Made by a program: the position numbers and the translations under genes. From an uncultured virus (IMG/VR IMGVR_UViG_3300027769_000001) (taxonomy: Duplodnaviria; Heunggongvirae; Uroviricota; Caudoviricetes): DNA of 20,000 bases. The stretch lies in IMG/VR virus record IMGVR_UViG_3300027769_000001; one strand, given 5' to 3'. Shown piece after piece: positions 9,170 through 16,836 of the stretch. Below the pieces are notes generated by a model. It saw nothing but the letters and a program-made list of their open reading frames with translations, did no database searches and was not told the DNA's origin. Numbering within the stretch: the stretch's first letter is position 1; each line of letters starts with the position of its first letter.

Positions 9170-9589
9170 ATGACTGCCGCCGCAACCTCCTCTGATGCCT
9201 GGATCTACTGGAACGGTGTGCGGGTTGGCAAGTTCACCTCTGTGACGCAAGCCACCGAGCGCGCACCCCTTGAAACAACCGCGCTCGGGGACACAGCCGC
9301 TACGTTTCAGCCCGGCGGCATGCTTCGCAACAGCTTCAGCGGAAACCTCCTATACGACCCCGGCGACATAGCGGCGCAGAGCATGCTCAACGCCATCGAC
9401 AACATGCAAGTAGGCCTCGAGACTCACGGGCTTCTTCGAGTCCAGTGGCTCCGCCGACTCAGCACACCTCAAGGAGACCGCGAAGGTAACGCGGTAATTG
9501 TTTCACGCTCTAACGCTACCTCCGTTGGAGACCTACAGACAATCTCTATCGACATTCAATTCACAGGTGAAGTCACCGGGAGTTTCTAA
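9170..9589 (+). CDS. Tail-tube-fold minor tail protein
   Basis: 139 aa with LETTALGD...SFSGNLLYD and a C-terminal GNAVIVS...VGDLQTISIDIQFTG, the pattern typical of siphoviral/GTA tail tube proteins. Confidence 0.65.
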   Translation: MTAAATSSDAWIYWNGVRVGKFTSVTQATERAPLETTALGDTAATFQPGGMLRNSFSGNLLYDPGDIAAQSMLNAIDNMQVGLETHGLLRVQWLRRLSTPQGDREGNAVIVSRSNATSVGDLQTISIDIQFTGEVTGSF

Positions 9590-10665
9590 TGCTGATTGGA
9601 CGCCACGGCAGCATCGAACTACGCCGGGAGTGGCCGGCTCCCACCTTTATTCCGGCCTCCGAGGTCGCCACTACCGCCACAGACACCCGCCTGTTTGTCA
9701 CCAACCTCGGGTGGCTTGACGGTCAGCGCGTGCTCGTGACCTGTCCCGCGGGTGTACCACTGGCTCCACTACCTGTTGCTCAGCTGAATACTCCCATCTA
9801 CGCTCCATGCCCTGAGGGCTATCGCTTCTGGGGCACAACAGCTAGCGCTGCGAGCACCGGACCTTCATCAGCTCACCGAGGTACTGTTGCCGATCTCTTT
9901 TGGCGTGTCGGTGTCACCGACAGCACCACCCGCTTTTGGGAAGACAGCGTCACCGTGGGCTTTGTCACTCAACTCACTGCCTACGTCTCTCGTGACGCCC
10001 TCGACCGCTTCGCGTTCCATACCACCGAGATCGGTGCCCTGAGCCGCGATCCGGCTACGCAGTTCAAACTGCTTCCTCTTGCCTTTGGTCAACTGCTCTT
10101 AGCCCCGGTACCCGAAACACCTCCAGCTACCTACACCTCTGCGCTATTGACCGCAGCCACGGCACAGCCTCTAGTCGAGGCCGAGCAAGAGTTGTTCCCG
10201 CTACCAGCAGCTATTGAAACGGTTTATTCCGACACATCGTATCGGGACTGGCAGTACCTAGGTACCTTAGAAGCCTATCAAGTAGAAACCGATTCCAAGA
10301 TGCTAGACACATCTACTATCGGTGACGATTTTGGTGACTACCAGAAGAATTTAATTACAGGTGCCGGCAACTTTAGCGCTTTGTTCCGCCGCTACCTTAA
10401 AGACAACGAACTTGAAGGACGCGATCTGCTTCGCATGGTCTATATGACCTCTACAGGAGCTAAAGCTAGAGTTCATTTTAGTCTTCAACCAGACGCAGCA
10501 GGTGTCAACGATAGCGCAATCATGTCACTAGCAGGTGATATTTTAATCGGTCGTGGCTCACTATCCGTAGATGCTGACGATATTATTAGATTGCAGACTG
10601 ACTTTGTTGTGGTTAAAGACGTCAACGGACGCGGATTAACTCCGGCATTCGGGGCGCTAGATTGA
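9589..10665 (+). CDS. Tail-tube-fold protein with a large inserted domain
   Basis: 358 aa. N-terminal IGRHGSIEL strand and a C-terminal region (from ~10249) LDTSTIGDDF...ITGAGNFSALF...GDILIG...DDIIRLQTDFV that aligns by eye with the preceding 139-aa protein. Confidence 0.55.
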   Translation: MLIGRHGSIELRREWPAPTFIPASEVATTATDTRLFVTNLGWLDGQRVLVTCPAGVPLAPLPVAQLNTPIYAPCPEGYRFWGTTASAASTGPSSAHRGTVADLFWRVGVTDSTTRFWEDSVTVGFVTQLTAYVSRDALDRFAFHTTEIGALSRDPATQFKLLPLAFGQLLLAPVPETPPATYTSALLTAATAQPLVEAEQELFPLPAAIETVYSDTSYRDWQYLGTLEAYQVETDSKMLDTSTIGDDFGDYQKNLITGAGNFSALFRRYLKDNELEGRDLLRMVYMTSTGAKARVHFSLQPDAAGVNDSAIMSLAGDILIGRGSLSVDADDIIRLQTDFVVVKDVNGRGLTPAFGALD

Positions 10666-10672
10666 CCTGATA
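10657..10672 (+). promoter_or_regulatory. Putative phage promoter, copy 2 (CTAGATTGA...ATA; -10-like TAGATT at 10658-10663)
   Basis: Overlaps the TGA stop of the 358-aa gene and lies upstream of the ATG at 10691. Shares GCTAG..TGA...ATAGCCG with copy 1. Confidence 0.55.
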
Positions 10673-10690
10673 GCCGGACGCTGTTGAACG

Positions 10691-13600
10691 ATGCCGAATC
10701 TGCGCCTAGCAGGGGATTCTGACTCGATCCTCAACGGCAATACACAAGCCAACGTCAAGGCCCAGCTTGGTGCCTTGGTGGATCTGATGCGTCAGGTTGC
10801 CGGTGACGCTGCGGTATCCGCCGGAAACCTGGAAGCAGCTGATCCGCTCAACGCTCCCTTCACGCTCTACGTCAACCCATACACCGGCAGCGACAAGTTT
10901 GTAGGAGGCAGCTACAACACCCACGAGGCCGGATCCACCGATCCGGAGATCATCGCCAGCAAACTCAAGCGCATTGAAAAGCAACGCCTTGTTTGCGGCT
11001 ACACACCCCAGCGTCCGTTCCGCACCATCAACCGCGCCGTCATTGAAGCGGCCATCATTACCAGCAAGAGCTGGTACACCTATACAGATCCCCGAGCTCA
11101 CGTAGATTGCGTGAGCATTGTGCTCGCCCCAGCAGTTCACACCCTTTACAACGATCCTGGTAGCGTCAGCACCTCTTTAGCGAGTTGGGGCGACACAAAA
11201 GATCCCACCATTGCTGAACTCATCGCTTTCAACCCCGCCAGCGTCGGCGGTGTTTTACTCCCCCGAGGATGTTCGCTATGCGGTTCTGACCTGCGTAAGA
11301 CAACCATTCGCCCCAACTGGGTACCGGGCGTAGCCGACGAGCAGGCGGACTACGGGAACCGTCGCGGGATGCTCAAGATCACTGGAACCGGCTACTTCTT
11401 CGGTTTCACCTTGATGGACAAGGTGGGCACAACGACTAGCCACCACCTCCTCGACACTTTCCACTTTGGCAGCAAAACGGAGCTCGACGCCTTCTACGCC
11501 AAGTGTTTCAGCGCGGTAGGCACCGGCGCCAACCTCGGCTCTGCGCTCACCGTGACGCGCCCCACCGAGTACGAAATCGTCGGTCCTATCGACATCGAGC
11601 AGACCCCCACATCAACTTGGGATACCACCGCAAGCGCCAGCCCCTACATCTTCAACTGCTCGATCCGCTCGGACTACGGTCTCGGGGGCGCCTGGATGGA
11701 CGGAAGCAGGGTCAGTGGTCTGAAGTCGATGGTATGCGCCAACTTCACAGGCGTGTCGCTTCAGAAGGACATGTCCTGCTGGCAGCGCTATGACGGCACG
11801 AACTGGACTACCACGACATACGCGCAGTACATCGCAGCGTCCCCGAACGACATCCGCATGAATCCTGCTCGGCTGAGCAGGCACATCAGCGCAATCAATA
11901 ATGCCTTCATCCAAGAGGTATCTGTTTTTGCTATTGGCCAAGGCATTCATCACTTCACCGACAAAGGTGGAGAAATCACAATCACAAATAGCAACAGCAG
12001 CTTCGGCGGCTGTTCCGCCCTTAGCACAGGTTATAAGCCGTCAGCATTCACCCAAGACAAAAACTGGACAATTAACAGGATTAAAGTTCCACTAAACCCA
12101 AGTGAAAAATTAGGTAATGTTAGACGTATTTTTGTCGGTATTATTTCCGAGCTGACCAGCACCAGTATTACGCTGACCACACCTTTAGCAGCAGATGAAG
12201 GTAACGTTACTGTTCCTTCCATTCTTTTGCGCGATGGATACAGCCTTGCAGCTGGGACAAAACTTTGGGTTGAGAACCCAGCAGGGGATCACTGGCGCGC
12301 TGACCTGACGGCAACGGCATGGTCCAGTAGCGCTCCTACTACTATCAACATCACCGCTGCCCTAACGCAGGCTGGTACCAATGATCCTGTAACGACCAAC
12401 CCGGACACAGGAGCGAGTCTGGCCATCGGTAAGCGTGTCTACATTCGCCGTCTGGTAGACACACGCAGCCCCAACGAACGCCGCGTTTCCGTTCAGCTGA
12501 ACAACACAGCAAGTGCTCGTGTCCCGGAGCGCAGCTTTGTACTTCAAACCGATCCCACTCGGACGGGGGGCGCCATCACCCGAGCGCTTACGGCCACAGG
12601 TTCTGAGGTGCTCGTAACCACCAGCACCGGCACCGGCCCTGCTCCTGGCCCCGGAGTGTCGACAACAGCAGAGGTTACGATCCGCCGAGCTGCAGCTTCG
12701 CTCACTTACGCCAATAGCACCTATTATCGTGCCGGCACAGTAGTTAGGCATCAAAACAAGCATTATCAAGCCCTACGCGATCAAGTTACCAATTCTCCGA
12801 ATCCAGTTACTACTGACTGGGGCGAGACATTCGTGCACATGCCCTCGGACTACAACACCGAGGACGCTTCGCGCAATGAGTCGCCAATTCTGGTATTCGA
12901 TACAGATACAGATCCGAACGATAACACCCAAACCTGTGGTATCAACTTTACTACGGTGTGGACTTCGGTAGGCAGCATCCGTAATCAATATCGAAGTGCT
13001 ACAGACTATCTAGGCGTTCATGCTTTATTGGTAGCTCTGGGATTCACGGATACCGCAGCTCACAACGCACTCGTGCCCAGGACAGCTGTCACCCGAGAAC
13101 GTAACCCATCGAGCTCTGTTGATTTTCCCGTAGCTCCCAGTGGCGGTGCTGCCACGTCCTTAGGCCATTGGGCTGTGGAGTTTCGTCGTCCCAGCGTGCT
13201 TCGTCTCTACGGGCATGCCTGGGAATGGGCGGGCTTCCTGAACTACAGCAAGGCTATTCCAGCGGCACAGAAGACAATGTCGCCGCAGAACAAGTTTAGC
13301 TATTACTTCACTAACCAGCTCGGTGGTCGCGTAGTACCTCAAGGCAGTAACGAAGATGGTTACAACATCTCCCCTAAAGGGCTTGAGGACGTTGAAACAG
13401 GCGCAACACTGACTGTCGAGGCTATCGGCAGCAGCACGCTGGATACGTTCCAGCAGACTGATTTTCCTAATGGCATCATAACGCCAGAGATTACAGTAGA
13501 CAACATTACGATCACTACATCTATTGCGTTTCCTGACGTTAGTGCAGCCCGTACAACATCGTTAGGTCCTGTGCGCTTAGCAAATGCCGCTCAGCTGCGC

Positions 13601-15478
13601 TCTATTGATGTCATTACAGGTACCACTGATGCGCAACGTGATCTAAGTATTAGTGCTGAGCCAGATGTCGTTACACTTAAAGGCTTAAACTATTGGGCTC
13701 GTTCAGCTGGTGTACTGACACGACGGACTGGTGTAGCAACTATTTGGGTAGTACCAGACAATGCGGTTAGCGGAGGTACCTATAACTTTAATGGTACATC
13801 GGCCACGCTGACGCGCAACCCGACCCGTACAGGATCTGAACTGCTGGACAATCCTCCGTTCAGCCGAACAGAAGCAGTGACCTTCGCACGTGCTACCGAG
13901 TACGCCAATAGCATATATTCCGAACTGGAAACCGTTAGTTATAATCTGGCCAATGGTCCATATTGGACTAACGTAAGCTTCAATCATATTGCTAATGTAG
14001 TTGGAGCTACGGCGCGCTTTCCAGTAGCTAACGTCGTATCTGATTATACACAACCTAATACAAAACCTACCACAGATGTTAAGGCAATTCATGACGCCAA
14101 CAGCCCGTTTTTGGCACCGTGTTTTGCTACACCAGTACTGGCTTTTACAAGCATCGCGAGCTCTCGGGCTTACTGCTCTGTAACACCTACTCGTCTACAG
14201 TTTAATTTTGCAGGTAGTGTATCTGGTATTTGTTGGTTGTCGGCAACTCAAACGTTGAACGACAGCGTTAACTTTCCTAATTCAATCTATTCAGCTGCAC
14301 TTAGACCATACCGTGTGGCGGGTATTTCTTTTCAAACATTTATTGATCTATTTATTGATGCCACTATACCTGCAAGTTATACGTTCTCAAATATCTGGGG
14401 AGATAGTAATATCTATGCGTACGGACCTACGTTAACTGTTCAAGACTGTATATTCGGAGCTAAATCTCCAGGTGCTGGTTCCATTAGTTTCGGAAGTCGT
14501 GGGCCCACAGTACGAGCGTACAACGATGTTGATGTAGTACTTTCCGGTATTTACCTATTAGGTAACACTCAGATTTTAACATTACCGCTTGCAACTGCCA
14601 AAGGCGTTATTGTTGAAGCCTCGGGGGTATATGGGTGCAAAAATACTCAGGAGTTTATCGGCAGTCGCGTACAAGGTGGACGCGCAATTCGCCTAGCTGT
14701 TCAATTTAACCAGCGCTACTCAGCAAACGCGGTCGGCACTTTGCTAGACTACAATTTCGATGTTAATTGTCTGCACATTTTAGACGATAACGGCAACTAT
14801 GGTTTAATCGCCAATCGTGCGGCAACAAACGGGACTAGAGGTGCATCAATGGAGTACTTCTTCGGTGAGATGAGCGTTGGTAGTGGCATATATACCGGTG
14901 GGTATAATAGTTATCGTACTTCTGGTGTAAATACAGGAAAACATCATGGTTGGTGCGGTGCTTTTGGCAATAACGGAACCAGTGTAGAAGGTCCAATAGG
15001 TATGTCCACTATACTTGGTCCTATCAGCTTTTATCGTTTCGATTCCTATCACAACTCTGTTTGGCAAACCGCATCCACTACAACACGACCAAATCCAGAA
15101 TTTATTAGCACAAACGCAACCTCGGGCTTTACCGGGTCTATATCCGGTACAACACTAACTGTTACAGCGGTTAGTAGTGGTGCTCTTATACTAGGTGGGT
15201 TAATCGCCGGCGCTGGTGTAACTGCTGGAACAACCATCACAGCTTTAGGTACAGGAACAGGAGGCACGGGTACGTACACTGTAAGTGCGACGCAAACTGT
15301 CGGTTCTATCAGTATGACGGGCGCTCTCAACCCTCAACCTGGTAAAGTTCAGTATTCTTACGACAGATCAAGCAATAACGTACTTAATGTACGTACTTTA
15401 GCTTTCTATCAGGGTATTGATATTAACACCGCTCAAATTGTGGGCGGTAACCTGCAATCCGCTCGCTTCTTCGGCTAA
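10691..15478 (+). CDS. Large virion structural protein / tailspike with right-handed beta-helix (pectin-lyase-like) regions
   Basis: 1595 aa. [11 protein letters not shown]...[13 protein letters not shown] is a beta-helix cap motif. [51 protein letters not shown] and [14 protein letters not shown] resemble motifs I recall from large cyanophage structural proteins. Also carries a CBM5/12-like segment and a second cap motif. Confidence 0.7.
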   Translation: MPNLRLAGDSDSILNGNTQANVKAQLGALVDLMRQVAGDAAVSAGNLEAADPLNAPFTLYVNPYTGSDKFVGGSYNTHEAGSTDPEIIASKLKRIEKQRLVCGYTPQRPFRTINRAVIEAAIITSKSWYTYTDPRAHVDCVSIVLAPAVHTLYNDPGSVSTSLASWGDTKDPTIAELIAFNPASVGGVLLPRGCSLCGSDLRKTTIRPNWVPGVADEQADYGNRRGMLKITGTGYFFGFTLMDKVGTTTSHHLLDTFHFGSKTELDAFYAKCFSAVGTGANLGSALTVTRPTEYEIVGPIDIEQTPTSTWDTTASASPYIFNCSIRSDYGLGGAWMDGSRVSGLKSMVCANFTGVSLQKDMSCWQRYDGTNWTTTTYAQYIAASPNDIRMNPARLSRHISAINNAFIQEVSVFAIGQGIHHFTDKGGEITITNSNSSFGGCSALSTGYKPSAFTQDKNWTINRIKVPLNPSEKLGNVRRIFVGIISELTSTSITLTTPLAADEGNVTVPSILLRDGYSLAAGTKLWVENPAGDHWRADLTATAWSSSAPTTINITAALTQAGTNDPVTTNPDTGASLAIGKRVYIRRLVDTRSPNERRVSVQLNNTASARVPERSFVLQTDPTRTGGAITRALTATGSEVLVTTSTGTGPAPGPGVSTTAEVTIRRAAASLTYANSTYYRAGTVVRHQNKHYQALRDQVTNSPNPVTTDWGETFVHMPSDYNTEDASRNESPILVFDTDTDPNDNTQTCGINFTTVWTSVGSIRNQYRSATDYLGVHALLVALGFTDTAAHNALVPRTAVTRERNPSSSVDFPVAPSGGAATSLGHWAVEFRRPSVLRLYGHAWEWAGFLNYSKAIPAAQKTMSPQNKFSYYFTNQLGGRVVPQGSNEDGYNISPKGLEDVETGATLTVEAIGSSTLDTFQQTDFPNGIITPEITVDNITITTSIAFPDVSAARTTSLGPVRLANAAQLRSIDVITGTTDAQRDLSISAEPDVVTLKGLNYWARSAGVLTRRTGVATIWVVPDNAVSGGTYNFNGTSATLTRNPTRTGSELLDNPPFSRTEAVTFARATEYANSIYSELETVSYNLANGPYWTNVSFNHIANVVGATARFPVANVVSDYTQPNTKPTTDVKAIHDANSPFLAPCFATPVLAFTSIASSRAYCSVTPTRLQFNFAGSVSGICWLSATQTLNDSVNFPNSIYSAALRPYRVAGISFQTFIDLFIDATIPASYTFSNIWGDSNIYAYGPTLTVQDCIFGAKSPGAGSISFGSRGPTVRAYNDVDVVLSGIYLLGNTQILTLPLATAKGVIVEASGVYGCKNTQEFIGSRVQGGRAIRLAVQFNQRYSANAVGTLLDYNFDVNCLHILDDNGNYGLIANRAATNGTRGASMEYFFGEMSVGSGIYTGGYNSYRTSGVNTGKHHGWCGAFGNNGTSVEGPIGMSTILGPISFYRFDSYHNSVWQTASTTTRPNPEFISTNATSGFTGSISGTTLTVTAVSSGALILGGLIAGAGVTAGTTITALGTGTGGTGTYTVSATQTVGSISMTGALNPQPGKVQYSYDRSSNNVLNVRTLAFYQGIDINTAQIVGGNLQSARFFG

Positions 15479-15858
15479 TGACTACACTACCTCCGCTAAT
15501 CGTTTATCCCGCAACACGACCCTTTGTTGTGCTGCGTAATTCGACGTTTCGCAAACGTTTTCAGGTCAAGCTTGACGGTGTCGCCGTAGACCTTACCCCC
15601 GTAGGCACCATCATCGATGCCGACATTAAAGACTCTTCCGGTATTCAGATTGCAACGTTCGTATCTGAACTTCCCCAAGAAGCCGGAGTTGCAATTCCTG
15701 GTTTCTTCGATCTAAAGCTCAGCCCGGCTACAACATTAGCATTGCCCGTATCTACAAGCCATAAATGGGACGTGTCCATCACCTATCCCAGTGGTGATCG
15801 CTTTTACTACTGCCAAGGTTCCCTTGAGGTGCGTGACACTATCAGCCGAAACACCTGA
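15478..15858 (+). CDS. Small beta-sandwich fibre adaptor (BppU-N / T5 p132-LtfC-like)
   Basis: 126 aa with AVDLT...ADIK...GFFDLKLSPATTLAL...WDVSITYPSGDRFYYCQGSLEV, the pattern of the small adaptor proteins found just before fibre genes. TAATG and TGATG coupling on both sides. Confidence 0.65.
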   Translation: MTTLPPLIVYPATRPFVVLRNSTFRKRFQVKLDGVAVDLTPVGTIIDADIKDSSGIQIATFVSELPQEAGVAIPGFFDLKLSPATTLALPVSTSHKWDVSITYPSGDRFYYCQGSLEVRDTISRNT

Positions 15859-16796
15859 TGACTACTGCCGCTGCTCAGGTTGAATTGATCGCCGCTGGCG
15901 ACCCTACGGTCGAGCTCAGCGGCGGAATGGACATAGCAGTAGAACTGCAAGTACACGAGGACGCTCTCGGGGAGCTGATCCTGTTGGAGTCTCAAACCCT
16001 GGAGTTGGCTTTACTCGAGGGTTCTACTGAAGAGTTGCTCGCCCTCGAGGCACCAGGCGCTCAGATTGCCATAGGCACTCAGTTAGGCAACGAAACACCC
16101 CAGCCCCTAGCCAGCAACGGATCAGCAGGAAGCAGCCTATCGGCAGCCCGCATAGATCACGTGCACCCGCACGGCAACTTAAGTGGCGGCCTGCTTCACA
16201 CGCTGGCTTCCACCGAAGCGGCTGGTTTTCTCTCACCAGCAGAAAAAAGCCGCCTGTTGGCTCTGTCTAACGGTAACGACCAGGATCTGCTGATCGCCGA
16301 TAGCAGCACACTGGAGAATTTTAGATATGGCAAGTTATTCGACAGCAACGTTGCCACCGATGCCGCCATTGCTGGGACTAAAATTAGCCCCAACTTCGGA
16401 AGCCAAAACATAAACAGTACAGGCAGTCTTAGCATAGGCAATGTCGTAGTTACTAACAATCTAACGGTTAATGGTACGTTTACGACTGTAAACACAGAGA
16501 ATATACAGGTTACCGATAAGACGCTGATATTAAACAACGTCACTACTCCGTCGGATATTTTAGCTAATGGAGGCGGCCTTGTTCTTAAAGGAACCACAGA
16601 TAAAACAATACTGTGGCTCTCTAGCACAAGCGCTTGGACTTTCAATCAACCTATTAACTTAGTCACTGGAAACGACTACAAAATTAACGGTGTCAGTGTG
16701 TTATCTGGTACTTCTCTCGGCTCCTCTATTACTACTTCTAGCTTGACAAGCGTCGGTACAATTACATCAGGAACGTGGGACGATGGTACCTACTAG
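15858..16796 (+). CDS. Short tail fibre / fibre connector protein
   Basis: 312 aa. Acidic N-terminus, AARIDHVHPHG (HxH) motif, fibre beta-repeat NLTVNGTFTTVNT...ANGGGLVLKGTTDKTILW...SSLTSVGTITSG, and a C-terminal DDGTY. Confidence 0.75.
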   Translation: MTTAAAQVELIAAGDPTVELSGGMDIAVELQVHEDALGELILLESQTLELALLEGSTEELLALEAPGAQIAIGTQLGNETPQPLASNGSAGSSLSAARIDHVHPHGNLSGGLLHTLASTEAAGFLSPAEKSRLLALSNGNDQDLLIADSSTLENFRYGKLFDSNVATDAAIAGTKISPNFGSQNINSTGSLSIGNVVVTNNLTVNGTFTTVNTENIQVTDKTLILNNVTTPSDILANGGGLVLKGTTDKTILWLSSTSAWTFNQPINLVTGNDYKINGVSVLSGTSLGSSITTSSLTSVGTITSGTWDDGTY

Positions 16797-16808
16797 ACTG
16801 ACCGCATA
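16793..16808 (+). promoter_or_regulatory. Putative phage promoter, copy 3 (CTAGACTGA...ATA; -10-like TAGACT at 16794-16799)
   Basis: Overlaps the TAG stop of the 312-aa gene and lies upstream of the ATG at 16837. Confidence 0.55.
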
Positions 16809-16836
16809 AATTCCGGCCCCACAGGGGTGTTAAGGG

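Noticed and set aside
14744..14752. CTAGACTAC (and CTAGCTTCA near 8813) as extra promoter copies
   Set aside because: They lack the following GA and the downstream ATA, and lie deep inside coding sequence.
16743..16762. Perfect TTGACA (16743-16748) with nearby TACAAT (16757-16762) as a sigma70 promoter
   Set aside because: Spacing is 8 nt to TACAAT and 45 nt to the TAGACT motif; neither fits 16-18 nt. It lies in coding sequence (SLTS).
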